This document shows, piece by piece, positions 10,142 through 21,072 of a stretch of 64,000 bases of DNA. A model generated the notes under the pieces. That model ran no database searches and was not told the origin of the DNA. It was given only the letters and a program-made list of their open reading frames with translations. The stretch comes from an uncultured Acidobacteriota bacterium (lineage in GTDB: Bacteria; Acidobacteriota; Vicinamibacteria; Vicinamibacterales; 2-12-FULL-66-21), in the NCBI GenBank assembly GCA_963810305.1, contig CAWEMY010000003.1, positions 24,528 through 88,527 on the forward strand, given 5' to 3'. Each line of letters opens with the position of its first letter. Position 1 is the first letter of the stretch. Both the position numbers and the translations under genes were made by a program.

Positions 10142-10163
10142 TTGAAGCTTTTTTGAAGCTTTT
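10142..10163. promoter_or_regulatory. Perfect tandem 11-bp direct repeat TTGAAGCTTTT x2 in a divergent intergenic region
   Basis: Read directly at 10142-10152 and 10153-10163. It lies 32-53 nt upstream of the winged-helix regulator start (10110, minus) and 75 nt upstream of the gene starting at 10238. Confidence 0.5.
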
Positions 10164-10237
10164 CGCAAGGACTATCGGACGCGCCAGACAGTATTCATTC
10201 ACGGCTGACCACTTGAAGCGTCAGACGGGAGATATCC

Positions 10238-11101
10238 ATGCGAAAGCTACTCTTGTCGGGTCTCTGTCTTGCCCTGGTTGCCGCCGCGTGTGACCGTACC
10301 TCCGCACCAGCCGCTCGTCCCAACCCGCTGGCGCCCGATCCACCGCCGACGTCCTCCGGTTACGCCGTTGGTCCAGGCGGGCTGTCGCAGGTCTTGTGCG
10401 CTGCGACGCTTCTCGAGAGTGTGAAGCTGGATCACGATCTGACCTGCACCGGCAACGGTCTGATCGTCGGTGCCGACGGCATCACGATCGACCTGAATGG
10501 TCACGCGATAACCGGGGCCGGCAGCGGCATCGGCATTGCCGTAACCGGACGAAATGACATCAGGATTACGGGAGGCGCCATTAGAAACTTCGCGGTGGCC
10601 GTGCGCACGCTCATGTCGACGGGGGTTCTGATCGACCACAACGAATTCGACGGAAACCCCGAAGGGATCGACCTTCAGGCCGGAAGCATCAGGAACACCA
10701 TCAAAGACAATGCATTCCGAAACAGCGTCACGAGGGGAATCATGCTCAGGGGCGACACGAGCGCCAACGACATCAAGGCGAATACATTCTCAGGGAACCG
10801 TGTCGGGATCCTCGTGTTTGGTGCCACCTTCACGACCTTGAAGGACAACATCATTTCCGGAAGCGCAGTGGCCGGTATTCGAATCAATGTCATCGCGACT
10901 GGGAACGTCCTCAAAGACAACACGGTTACGTCGAACCTCGCCGGCATCGAGTTTCTGGTGACCCCCACCGGGTCCGCAGTCAGTAATGAGCTGAAAGGCA
11001 ACACGATTCTGACGAACACTTGTGGCCTGAAAGGGCCAACTGCGAGCAACAGCCTGAAAGACAATTCGTTTCAGGGGAACGTCGCCGACACGTGTTCGTA
11101 G
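10238..11101 (+). CDS. Right-handed parallel beta-helix repeat lipoprotein (NosD-like)
   Basis: The lipoprotein signal is 'MRKLLLSGLCLALVAAAC'. Repeated '..I.I.GN.I.GN..GI' beta-helix turns follow ('ITGGAIRNFAVAV', 'IKDNAFRNSVTRGI', 'LKDNIISGSAVAGI'). Confidence 0.8.
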   Translation: MRKLLLSGLCLALVAAACDRTSAPAARPNPLAPDPPPTSSGYAVGPGGLSQVLCAATLLESVKLDHDLTCTGNGLIVGADGITIDLNGHAITGAGSGIGIAVTGRNDIRITGGAIRNFAVAVRTLMSTGVLIDHNEFDGNPEGIDLQAGSIRNTIKDNAFRNSVTRGIMLRGDTSANDIKANTFSGNRVGILVFGATFTTLKDNIISGSAVAGIRINVIATGNVLKDNTVTSNLAGIEFLVTPTGSAVSNELKGNTILTNTCGLKGPTASNSLKDNSFQGNVADTCS

Positions 11102-11145
11102 CGGCAGTCGCGAGGCATCGTAAGGAGGCAACAGGCCCGCGAGCC

Positions 11146-12802
11146 CTACCCGGCCCCTGATCCGCCTCCTCCCGCGGCGCCTCCACCGCCAGCGCCCCCG
11201 CCCGTACCTGCGCCGCCGTGGCCGACGAAGGCGACGAAACCGGTGTTCGCGTCGGCGGCAGACGCAGCGTGGAACCAGGGCGGCAGGTGCGCCGCGCGAT
11301 CCTTGAAAATCTTGGCCCACGCGGCCGCGAGGCCGAGTGCGACGGCGAGGGGAAGCAGGTCGCCCGGCGATCGTCCGCCGGTCCAGTCGGCGCGACGCAG
11401 ATCCTTCGGAACGTCACGCAGCTGTTTCTGGTAGGCGCGCCACGCCTCGGCCCGCCGGACGCCCAGATTTGAGAGCGGCGTGTGCGCCGCCGAGAAAATG
11501 AAACTGGTCACAGCCAGAATCGCGATGGCCAGCGGCACGAGAAACGGCCACGGACCTATGCGGTCCACAACAACGATAGCCGGAACGAGCGCAATCCCTG
11601 CGAGGATGAGCAGAACGATCCCCGACCACGTTGTAGCGGCGGCGTATCTGTCGCCGCCCTTCGTCGAACAGACCCTCGTCGGTCATCTCTCGCACGACGA
11701 TCGCCTTGAGTTTCGAGAAGTGACGGACCAGGTGCGTCCGAGCCTTGTCCAGGGGGACCTCACGCTCGGACGCGCCTTTCGCGCTGAACACTTCGTGCAG
11801 CAGCGCCTGTTCGTGGGGCGCCAGCGGGCGTGAAGCGTGCCCTTTCCTGATCGTGAACTTGCGCTGGCCGAAGGCGCCCTTGGCCTCCTCGCGAATATCG
11901 ATGATGCCGCGCGAGGCCAGCGCGAAGAGCGTGCCCATCGCATGTTCGAGGTGCAGGCTTCCATTGGTCGTCAACGCACCCGCAATGGCCGGGGCCGCGG
12001 AGTCCGGAGGCCCGGCAAACACACGGGCGGTCTGGATGTCACGCGGTGGCGAATCGTAGTTCTGCCGGATGCCGAACAGGACGACGAGGCCGGCAAAAAA
12101 AACAATCGCCGCGGCGATAGCCGCGGGCCGCCGGTATCCCTCATGCCGCAGCTGCCGCTGCTGCCACGCCGGCGTCACGTCGATGACGCTGCCCCTCGGC
12201 ATGCGCGTCCAGACTTCGAACCAGCCGTTCTTTCCAATGTCGTTCGCGGTCACGAGGACTCGGGCGTCGGAGTGCGTTTCGGTCCACGTCGTTACCCGGC
12301 GCATCTCGACCGTGGGCGGTTCGGCCGGTGTGGACGGAAGGACGACTTCGATCCGGCTCGATTCGATGCGGTAATCATGCTCCGTCGGCAGGGCACGCCA
12401 GGGGATCAGGTCCCGCTCGTTTGCCGCCCGTGCGACACCCTTGGCGATGTAGGTCAGTTCGAACGTGTGTGTCGACGGCTCGGTCTTCGGGAAGTGCCAC
12501 TCCACACGCAGGCCGTTCTTTCGCTTGACCTCCACCTGGCCCGGCTCTTCGCCGACCGGGAACGCGCGGCCGTCCATCGACGCGCTGACGAAATCGATGC
12601 CGTCGGTCCGCCTGGTCGGAATCGTCCGGTAGAAGAAGGTGAACGTCCCTTCCTCGAAGCGGATGACGATTGTCTCGGTGACCCGCAGCGATCCGCCTTT
12701 CATTACTTCGATGCGCGAGTCGAAGCGTTCGGCGGTGTAGTCCTTGGCGTAGGCCGCTGCCGGAAGGATCGCGAGCACCAGAGCGGTCAGCAAAGTGCGC
12801 AT
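11146..12802 (-). CDS. DUF2207 domain membrane protein, one frame break near 11622
   Basis: ORFs 11414..12802 and 11146..11568 join at '...RRYNVVG' then 'IVLLILAGIALVPAIVVVDRIGPWPF...'. One extra base in a C4/G4 run (11621-11624) explains the break. The N-terminus has a signal plus 'AERFDSRIEVMKGGSLRVTETIVIRF', and the tail is Gly-rich. Confidence 0.8.
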
Positions 12803-12814
12803 GCGAACATCATA

Positions 12815-12860
12815 GCGGGATGCGGGATGCGGGGTGCGGATGGGGATTCATAGTTCATCG
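12815..12860. repeat. 7-nt tandem repeats (GCGGGAT x2-4, then TTCATAG/TTCATCG) between divergent starts
   Basis: Direct reading of 'gcgggatgcgggatgcggggtgcggatggggattcatagttcatcg'. Confidence 0.75.
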
Positions 12861-12880
12861 TTTCTTTGTATGCTGCGGAG

Positions 12881-14265
12881 ATGAAGTACGCGCGCCTTCC
12901 GCTGCTGGCCCTGGCGGTCGTCACAACGTCCGTCACACTCCCCGCGCAGACCCGGCCTGGGGCAGTGACGGTCCCGGTCGAGTATCACAAGCTCGAGAAC
13001 GGACTGAAAGTCGTTCTCTCGCGCGATGCCTCCTCACCAACCGCCGTGGTCGGCGTGTATTTCAATATCGGATTCCGCATCGAGCCGAGGGACCGCACCG
13101 GCTTTGCCCATCTCTTCGAGCACATGATGTTCCAGGGCTCGCAGCATCTCGGCAAGAATGCGTTCAGCGGCCTGGTCGAGTCGAACGGCGGCATTCTCAA
13201 CGGATCGACTCGCTTCGATTTCACGAACTACTTCGAGATCGTTCCCAGTCATACCGTCGAAACCATGCTGTGGGGCGAAGCCGACCGCATGCGCGGTTTG
13301 AACATCACGCAGGAAAACCTCACCAACCAGCAGGGGGTCGTCAAGAACGAGGTCAAGGTCAACGTGCTCAACCAGCCGTACGGCGGGTTCCCCTGGCTGG
13401 ACCTGCCTCAGGTGGCGAACACCAACTGGTACAACGCCCACAATTTCTACGGGGACCTGGAGCATCTCGACGCGGCAACGTTGGCCGACGTCCAGCAGTT
13501 CTTCAAGACCTACTACGCCCCGAACAACGCCGTACTCGTCGTGACCGGGGACATCGACACTGCGCAGACGCTCGGGTGGATTCGAAAATATTTCGCGGAT
13601 ATCCCTGCTTCGAAACTGCCGCCCGAGCCCGACATCGAGGAGCCGCGCCAGGAGAAGGAGAAGCGGACGAACCGGGACGACCCTCTGGCGAACCGGCCCG
13701 CACTCGCTCTGGGTTATCACCACCCGGACCGAAAGACCCCGGAGTTCTTCGCGATGGGCCTCATCGATCAGTTGCTGGTTCAGGGGGAAGACAGCCGCCT
13801 GCACGAGTCGCTCGTTCAGAAGCGCGGCCTCACTGGCGCGGTGTCTGGCGGCGCCAATCCGGGTCTCGGCAGCATGTTCGATATCAAGGGACCGACCCTG
13901 TGGACCGTGTATCTGATCCACGACGCCGCGAAGTCCGCTGACGAGATCATCAAGGCGATCGACGACGAGATCGCCCGGCTGCAGAACACCCCGTGACCAG
14001 GGAGGAGCTGGAGCTCGCGCTGGTCAAGCAGCGGTCGCAGCTCTACGCCGAGCAGGAGCAATTCGTCCGGTTCGGCCGCGCCAACCTGCTGGCGTCGTAT
14101 GCACTCTTCGATGACAACCCGGGCAAGATCAATACCCTGGAGGATGAGTTCCGCAAGGTGACACCGGAACTGATCCAGAAGACGGCGCGCGAGTATCTGC
14201 GTCCGACCAACCGCACCGTGCTGACGATCACGCCGAAAGGGAAGTGGGAGCATGTGTCGTCTTGA
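12881..14265 (+). CDS. M16 (pitrilysin/insulinase) family zinc peptidase, one frame break near 13990
   Basis: The HxxEH motif is 'FAHLFEHMMFQGS'. The signal peptide is 'MKYARLPLLALAVVTTSVTLPAQ'. ORF 12866..13996 ends '...ARLQNTP*' and ORF 13993..14265 continues 'VTREELELALV...'. One missing C in the C4 run at 13989-13992 would join them. The TTG at 12866 is an alternative start. Confidence 0.9.
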
Positions 14266-15649
14266 TTGTCGCGCGATCAGTCCTCTCTGTTGTGTGCGCA
14301 TCCTCTGCTCTGTCCTGCCGGCACAGTTTCCGTCGGAGCCGCCGAAGCCCGGGGCGCCGAAAGACTTCCGCGTCCCGGAGCCGAAACGCTTCACCCTCGA
14401 CAACGGTCTCGAAGTCGCGCTGGTCCAGTGGGGGAACATGCCGAAAGTGCGTGTGACCCTCAGCGTCCGCACCGGTAACGCGTTCGAAGGCGCGGGCGAA
14501 GTCTGGCTCGCGGACCTCACTGGTGATCTGATTCGCGAAGGGACCGCTGCGCGCAACGCGACTCAGGTCTCGCGCGAAGCGGCCCGGATGGGTGGCGCGC
14601 TGAACATCAGCGTCGGCAGCGATTCGACCACGATCGGCGGCGACGTATTGAGCGAGTTCGGCCCCCAGATGGTGGAGCTGGTTGCTGACGTCGTCCAGCA
14701 TCCGCGATTTCCCAGCGCAGAGCTCGAACGGCTGAAGACCAACCTGTCGCGGAATCTTGCGGTCTCGCTCAGCCAGCCGCAGCAGCTTGCGCTCCAGAAG
14801 TTCCGCGCCGTCCTCTATGGCGATCATCCGTACGGACGGGTTTTCCCGACCGACGCCATGATCCAGGGATTCACGACGGAGCAAGCGCGAAAGTTCCATG
14901 CGGTCAGTTACGGCGCAGTGCGCTCGCGGCTCTACGTGGTCGGGCAGTTCGACGCACCGGCGGTCGAGGCGATGATCCGAAAGTCGTTTGCTGGATGGAA
15001 AAAGGGGACGCCGGCCGTCCCGCACGCGCCGAAACCGGTGACGAAACGCGCGGTGCACCTGATCGATCGGCCGGAGGCGCCGCAGTCGACGATCATCCTC
15101 GGGGTGCCGGCAGTCGATCCGTCGCACCCCGACTTCGTCCCCCTGACTGTCATGGACGCGCTGCTCGGCGGCGCGTTCGCTTCGCGGATCACGAAGAACA
15201 TCCGTGAAGACAAGGGCTACACCTACTCGCCTTACAGCGAACTGTCCACCCGCTATCGCGACACCTACTGGGCGCAGAATGCCGACGTCACAACCGCGCA
15301 AACCGGGTTGTCGTTGAAGGAGATCTTCGCGGAGATCGACCGCTTGCAGAAAGACCCGCCGTCGGACCAGGAGCTGAAGGGTATCCAGAACTATCTGGCG
15401 GGCACTTACATCCTTCAGAATTCGAGCCGCGGCGGCATCACGGCGCAACTGCAGTACGTGGATCTTCACGGCCTGCCGGCGACCTACCCGAACACGTACG
15501 TGAAGCAGGTTTATGCGGTCACGTCCCAGCGCGTCACCGACGTTGCAAGAAAATACCTGAAGGACGACCAGGCCACCATCGTCGTCGTCGGCGACCGAAA
15601 AGCGATCGAAGAGCAGCTGAAGCCCTACGGGACGATCATCGATAAATAG
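14252..15649 (+). CDS. M16 family peptidase-like protein (no HxxEH seen, likely non-catalytic partner)
   Basis: It has M16 domain architecture by similarity ('FTLDNGLEVALVQWGNMPKVRVTLSV', '...QNYLAGTYILQNSSRGGI'). It overlaps the preceding M16 gene by 14 nt. The start is uncertain. Confidence 0.8.
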   Translation: MCRLDCRAISPLCCVRILCSVLPAQFPSEPPKPGAPKDFRVPEPKRFTLDNGLEVALVQWGNMPKVRVTLSVRTGNAFEGAGEVWLADLTGDLIREGTAARNATQVSREAARMGGALNISVGSDSTTIGGDVLSEFGPQMVELVADVVQHPRFPSAELERLKTNLSRNLAVSLSQPQQLALQKFRAVLYGDHPYGRVFPTDAMIQGFTTEQARKFHAVSYGAVRSRLYVVGQFDAPAVEAMIRKSFAGWKKGTPAVPHAPKPVTKRAVHLIDRPEAPQSTIILGVPAVDPSHPDFVPLTVMDALLGGAFASRITKNIREDKGYTYSPYSELSTRYRDTYWAQNADVTTAQTGLSLKEIFAEIDRLQKDPPSDQELKGIQNYLAGTYILQNSSRGGITAQLQYVDLHGLPATYPNTYVKQVYAVTSQRVTDVARKYLKDDQATIVVVGDRKAIEEQLKPYGTIIDK

Positions 15650-15686
15650 GCCGGCTCGAAGGCCGGCTAAAGCCGGCCTCTACCGG
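15649..15686. repeat. REP-like hairpin GGCCGGC-TCGAA-GGCCGGC-TAAA-GCCGGCC-TCTACC between convergent genes
   Basis: Read directly. On the minus strand it reads GGTAGAGGCCGGCTTTAGCCGGCC, and the TAG of the GTAG head is the stop codon of the ADOP gene (15680-15682). The same element is at 18213-18236. Confidence 0.8.
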
Positions 15687-18133
15687 CGTAGTGTTTCGAT
15701 CGGATCCAGCGCGGCGGCGCGGCGCGCCGGGTTGACGCAGGCGATCAACGCCACGATTGCGAGAAACGCGGGCACCGCTGCAAACGTCGGCAGATCGAGC
15801 CGCGTCACGCCGTAGAGCAGCCGTTCCAGCAGCCGTGTCAGAAACACCGCTCCGGCGAGACCGAGGGCGACACCCGCCATGGTCATCATCAGCCCCTGCC
15901 TGAGCACGAGACTCACGATCGCTGCACGGCGGGCGCCGAGCGCCATCCGGATGCCGATCTCCTGCCGGCGCTCGGTGACCATCAGGGAGATCGTTCCGTA
16001 GATGCCGATGGCGGCCAGCGCCAGCGCCAGCGCGGCAAAGCTGGCGAGAAGCGCCGTGGTGAAGCTGCGCTCTGACAACGCCTCCGTCGTTACTCGCTCC
16101 ATCGTCCGCACCTCCGACACCGGCAGGTTGGGATCCATGGAACGCACCGCCGCGCGCAGCGCGGGGGCGAGCGACATCGGTGCGGAATCGGCGCTGATCA
16201 CGATCGTCATCGCGCGAGGGACGCCTTCCGTCTCGCGGGCGACTTGCGCGTGGGGCAGGTACATTTCAGTCCGCGGCTGCTCGAGGATCGTGTTATGCCG
16301 AACCGCTCCGACGATACCGACGATCGTCAACCACGGCTGGTTCCTGGTTCCGAGGTGGAATCGCTTCCCGAGCGCGTCCTCGCCGGGCCAGTACTTGTCG
16401 GCCATCGTCTTGCTGATGACCACCACCAGCGGTGCGCTCTCATCGTCAGTCTTGGTCAGGAGCCGCCCGCGGAGCAGCTGGAGGCCCATGACTTCGAAGT
16501 AGCCCGGGGTCGCGTACTGGAAGTCGCCGTTGGGGTTCTCCGCCGGGGCATAGGGACGCCCTTCGATCGTGATCGACCAGTTCCCGATCGTCCGCGCGAG
16601 CGGGAGGATGCGGACTGCGCCCGCGGCCCGGACACGCGGCGTTTGTTCGAGCCGATCGAGCAACTGGCGGTAGAAGCCGACGACGCGCTGGGCGTCTGGA
16701 TAGTCGCGAGTCGGGAGCTGCAACTGCGCGGTCAGGATGTCGGCGGTCCGGTAGCCGAGGTCTACCCGATTGACGGCGATCAGGCTGCGCGTCAACAAGC
16801 CAGCGCCCACGACGAGAACAACCGACAGCGCAAACTGCATGACGACGAGCCCGCGTCGCGCAGCGAGACGGCCGCGGCCGGCGGTGCCGCTGCGGCCGCC
16901 CCCGTCCTGCAGCGCCGACGTCAGATTCGGCCGTGACAGCTGCAGCGCAGGGGCGAGTCCGAAGAGGAGACCCGCGCCGAGCGATAGAATCGCCGCGAAC
17001 CCGAGGACGCCGAGATCCACCGTCGCCTCCCCGACCCGGGGCACGTGCGCCGGCCGCATCACGGCGATCGCCTGCAGCCCACTCCAGGCAAGCACCGCGC
17101 CGAGAGCACCGCCGCAGATTGCCAGGAGGATGCTTTCGACGAGCAGCTCCCGCACCAGCCGCGAGCGCCCCGCCCCGAGCGCCGCGCGGATGGCAACATC
17201 GCGGGTGCGCACGTCAGCTCTGCTGAGCAGAAGGTTCGCGACATTCGCGATGGCAATCAGCAGGACGAATGCCACCGTGCCCAGGAGAATCAACATCGGT
17301 GTCCGGACGGTCCCGGTGATGAACTCGTCCAGCGGCACCGCGGCACGGGCGAACGGGTTTCCAGGCTCGTCGTGCACGTAGCCGGCCTGGACCCAACGGC
17401 GCCAGAGGACCGCGAGCTCGCTCGTCGCCGAGGCGGGCTGCGCTTCGGGGCGAAGTCGTGCGACGACGATCGCACTCCTGTCGCCCCAGTCACCGGGGTT
17501 CGCGGGATCGATGGTGTAAGGGTAGAAGGCTTCCGTCGGACGATCGTTGCGGTAATCCAGCGGCAGGCGGAAGGAACGGTCCATGACACCAATTACTGTC
17601 CTCGGCGTGCCCTGAATCAGCACCGTTGTCCCGACCACCGAATGATCCGCGCCGAATCGACGGGTCCAGAGGGCGTGCGAGAGGATGACGACATCGTTGC
17701 TTCCGCCGCGCGTGATGTCTGCGCTCGCGAACGTCCGTCCGAGCGCCGGCGTAGCACCGAGCGTCTCGAACAGTTCCGGTGTGACCGCCGCCAGCCGGAC
17801 TCGCAAGGGTTCCTCGCCCCCGGTGAGGTTTGCCTCGGTCTGAACGAAAGCCGAGACACGCTCGAAGCTCGAGGCGTCACGCTGATAGCTGAGGACCTCC
17901 CGGTCCGACAGCCACGTAGTCGATCCCTCACCCCGTGTGGTGTCCCACACGATCACGAGCCGATTGGTATTGGCGTACGGCAGCGGTTGCAGGATGACCG
18001 CTCGGAGAATGCTGAAGATGGCAGTGTTCGCGCCGATCCCGAGAGCGAGCGTGAGGACGGCCATACCCGTGAAGGCGGGCTGTCGTACGAGTTGGCGTAC
18101 CGCGCTCCTGAGATCCTGACGGATGCGTTCCAT
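15680..18133 (-). CDS. ADOP-family ABC-transporter permease (duplicated FtsX/MacB-like), intact
   Basis: 817-aa uninterrupted ORF. Motifs are 'LRSAVRQLVRQPAFTGMAVLTLALGIGANTAIFSILRAVIL' and a C-terminal FtsX module ending 'ARRAAALDPIETLRR'. There is no adjacent PadR or ATPase gene. Confidence 0.9.
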   Translation of the reverse strand: MERIRQDLRSAVRQLVRQPAFTGMAVLTLALGIGANTAIFSILRAVILQPLPYANTNRLVIVWDTTRGEGSTTWLSDREVLSYQRDASSFERVSAFVQTEANLTGGEEPLRVRLAAVTPELFETLGATPALGRTFASADITRGGSNDVVILSHALWTRRFGADHSVVGTTVLIQGTPRTVIGVMDRSFRLPLDYRNDRPTEAFYPYTIDPANPGDWGDRSAIVVARLRPEAQPASATSELAVLWRRWVQAGYVHDEPGNPFARAAVPLDEFITGTVRTPMLILLGTVAFVLLIAIANVANLLLSRADVRTRDVAIRAALGAGRSRLVRELLVESILLAICGGALGAVLAWSGLQAIAVMRPAHVPRVGEATVDLGVLGFAAILSLGAGLLFGLAPALQLSRPNLTSALQDGGGRSGTAGRGRLAARRGLVVMQFALSVVLVVGAGLLTRSLIAVNRVDLGYRTADILTAQLQLPTRDYPDAQRVVGFYRQLLDRLEQTPRVRAAGAVRILPLARTIGNWSITIEGRPYAPAENPNGDFQYATPGYFEVMGLQLLRGRLLTKTDDESAPLVVVISKTMADKYWPGEDALGKRFHLGTRNQPWLTIVGIVGAVRHNTILEQPRTEMYLPHAQVARETEGVPRAMTIVISADSAPMSLAPALRAAVRSMDPNLPVSEVRTMERVTTEALSERSFTTALLASFAALALALAAIGIYGTISLMVTERRQEIGIRMALGARRAAIVSLVLRQGLMMTMAGVALGLAGAVFLTRLLERLLYGVTRLDLPTFAAVPAFLAIVALIACVNPARRAAALDPIETLRR

Positions 18134-18212
18134 GGGTTGCTCCGTGACCTGCGGCCCGCTGAGAGGCGGGCCTCACCGTTTGACGGGACGCGGCGCACAA
18201 GGGTTGGAAACA

Positions 18213-18236
18213 GGCCGGCTAAAGCCGGCCTCTACC
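18213..18236. repeat. REP-like hairpin GGCCGGCTAAAGCCGGCC-TCTACC
   Basis: Identical core to the element at 15661-15686. It lies just downstream of the M14 peptidase stop (18239-18241). Confidence 0.8.
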
Positions 18237-18238
18237 GA

Positions 18239-20895
18239 CTACGGCAGCGCAGCGGGGAACAGGACGTTGAACAGCAGCTTGAACGTGCCGTGGGGCTGCG
18301 CGCGCTGCAGGATCTCGGGGCCGTAGAGCAGTACACGTCCTCGCCCGACGGTCGCTTCGGCGGCGATGACTCCCTTGTTCAAGTACTTCTGACCCCACGC
18401 CCAGCCGCTGTGCAGCGGCGTGTCGGTGTCGAAGCTGGCGATCGCCCGAACCCCCGGACCGGTAATCCGGAACACCGGACTGTTATCGAAGAAGAAGTCC
18501 GTCCGCTCGCTCATGCCGGCGGCCGCCGCATGCTTGGTATCCACCTTCGCGGTGAGCACCGACCCTGGAACGAAGTACTTGGAACGCGGCAGCGGCTTGC
18601 CGTCCTCGACGAGATGGTCTTGCACCGGAAGCTTGAAGTGCGCGGCAAGGTTGGCGGCGAAGCTGCCGATCGCGACGATCGTGCCGCCAGCTTCCACGAA
18701 CGCGCGAAGTTGCGGCATGGTTTTCTCCGCCGTCATGCGCCCGAGTTGTTCGTGGTATTCCGCAGGCACGTCCGCCTCGGTCAGCTCACGCCTCTGGCCG
18801 GTCTGCCCGGCTCCACCACCGCGGCCTGCCCCGGCAGGTGCGGTCGCGGGCGGGATCGCGCCATCCACGAAAATCAGGACGTCGTACTTGGCGTTCAGAC
18901 TACCGGCATCGAGCTCACGCGCGAACACCCGTGAGAACGGAAACTCGAATTGTTCCAGGATCCAGCGCGTCCATCCCGACGGGATAGAGCCGCCGTACTG
19001 GTCCCAGAGACCGATGCGGGATGGCGAAAGACGTGGCGGCGCCGACGCGAAGTCGACCTTCACGGGTTGGAAGCTGACACCGAGCTCCGCCGCCACTTTC
19101 TGCAGCCGCGTAATCGTGGCGGTGGTGGGCGCCAGCAGAAAGTCGGCGCCGGCCGCGGAAACCTGCTCACCAAGCACCATGAGGCGGTTCACCGCGCGGA
19201 AGGCATCGTTGGTCGCGCGGCTCAACGTATAGCCGGTCGCATCCGCCAGGGTTCCGACTCGCCCTTGCGGCGGGCGGACATTCCATGTGGGCACCCGCTC
19301 GAACGGTCCCGTGAACGGTTCGAGGATCCGGTCGAACTTCACTCCCATTTGAAACGCGAGCGTCCAGCCGGCGTTGTCGTAGGGCGGCGTCGGCGCGGCG
19401 CCAGGATACGGGATCACATTGGGATGATCCTGCGGTTCGAACATGTCGAGAACGTGCGGACGGAATGCCTGCGCGGTGAATACGACGAACGAGCCGACCG
19501 GATACTTCTTTTCGGCGACGGTGAAGTCCGCCGTTGCGCGGTGGACGGTGACGTTGACCTCACGTAATGCGTTGATGAACTTCACTGCCGTCGGGAAGTC
19601 CGGCTGATCGGCGGGAATGATGTAAGCCCGCGGATCGCGCAACTCCGGCTTGCGGAGGTCCTCCCAGGTCACTCCCTCCTTCACACGGGCAGGGGACGGC
19701 GTCCAGGTGTCTTCATTGCCGCGCTGGATCGCACGCTGCCCCATCTTGTAGATGTTGAAGAGCAGCAGCTCGCGGTTGCGCGACGCGTAATCGAGCACCG
19801 CCCGGTTGAATGAGAGCGAGTAGTCAACCGATTGCCAGAACTTCCACTCCTGCGGCGCAATCGGGAACGGCTGGTCGCGATTGGGAAGCTGCCGCTGCGC
19901 GACAAACGGAATACGCATCGGCGTCGGGCTGCCGATCGTCTCGGTGAGGATCGCGATGATGTTGTGGAAGTTTCCGGTGTTCCTGATCCCGCCGTTCCAC
20001 CATCCGTCATATGCGCCACCGGACGCCATCGTGGCGCCCGGCTTCCCCTCGGTCGCGAGCCGTTGATGGAGGTGGGTGCCGACGGCCTGGAGCCCGAGAA
20101 TCAGCAGCGGATCGAGGTTGTAGTTGTAGGGATCGCGCTGGGGAGAGGACCACACCACCGTGCCTGCCGGGCCGCTCTGGTGGTGGTTGTACAGAATCTG
20201 TGGATACCAGTCGTGATAGAGGACGCGGTTGATGTTCTCGGTTTCGACCTGGGTGGAGGCAAAGAAGTCGCGATTGTTGTCGTGGCCGATGTACTTCTGA
20301 TAGAGGCGCGGAAGCCCTGAAAGCGTCCGTTCGGTCGGCGTCTCGGTGCGCATATACCAGTCGGCGACCAGATCGTTGCCGTCTGGATTGGCGTGCACGA
20401 ACAGGATCACGCAATCCTCGAGAAACCGCATCGTCTCATCGTCAGTCCGGCTCACCATCTCGAAGATCATCTGCGTGAGCTGCTGGGCGCCGAGGGTCTC
20501 GGTGGCGTGCAGCCCGCCGTCGATCCAGACGACGGCTCTGCCCTCGCGTGGCGATGAGCCGGGCCTGCTCATCGGTCAGCCCCTCGGCCAGTGCCATCCG
20601 CCGCGAGATCTCCTTCAGGCGCGCGAGACGCTTGTGGTTTTGCGGCGATGTGACGATCGCCATCAGCTGTGGCCGGCCTTCAGCGGTCTTCCCGATCTCC
20701 TGAACGACGAGCCGCTCCGACTGCGCGTCCAGCTTTCGCCAGTACTCCGCGATCTGCTTGTAGTTGGCGAGCTGATAGTCGTCGCCGAGACTGAACCCGA
20801 AGTGTTCCTTGGGCGTACTGATGATCTTCACCTGCCCGGTGACCGCTGACGCTGAGGACGACGATCGAGAGGAGGGAGATGACGGCCTTCGTCAT
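18239..20895 (-). CDS. M14 family zinc carboxypeptidase (large form), two frame breaks (near 20550 and 20845)
   Basis: Three ORF pieces join. The signal peptide 'MTKAVISLLSIVVLSVS' is followed by 'VKIISTPKEHFGFSLGDDYQLANY...EQARLIA', then 'REGRAVVWIDGGLHATETLG...VHANPDGNDL...'. The 'HATE' and 'NPDG' motifs are typical of M14. Confidence 0.85.
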
Positions 20896-20907
20896 CAGGC
20901 GAGTATA

Positions 20908-21019
20908 GCGGGGCGCGGGGCGCAGGGCGCGGCGCGCGGATCGCGGCGAACTTGAGAATCGCGATCTGAGTTGTGAATTCATCGTTCTGCGTTCATAGTT
21001 GATAGTTCATAGTTCAACG
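20908..21019. repeat. 112-nt tract in one continuous 7-nt register (GCGGGGC-type units, degenerate units, then TTCATAG-type units)
   Basis: Units are read at 20908, 20915, 20922 and onward to 21013 (16 units). The tract fills most of the divergent spacer between the M14 peptidase and addB starts. The same composite occurs inverted at 49625-49701. Confidence 0.8.
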
Positions 21020-21072
21020 GCTGCGCGCGCGGCCGATCACGGTGACCCGGCACGGCGTCCGGGAGGAGTTCG

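Noticed and set aside
11837-13941. 338-aa, 373-aa and 295-aa ORFs overlapping the DUF2207 and M16 genes (11837..12853 +, 12820..13941 +, 13034..13921 -)
   Set aside because: They are alternative-frame or antisense ORFs of genes with clear family motifs. They have no independent support.
17045-18934. 629-aa ORF on the plus strand
   Set aside because: It is antisense to the intact ADOP permease and the M14 peptidase. Its composition is Arg-rich and low-complexity, it crosses an intergenic REP element, and I recognise no family.
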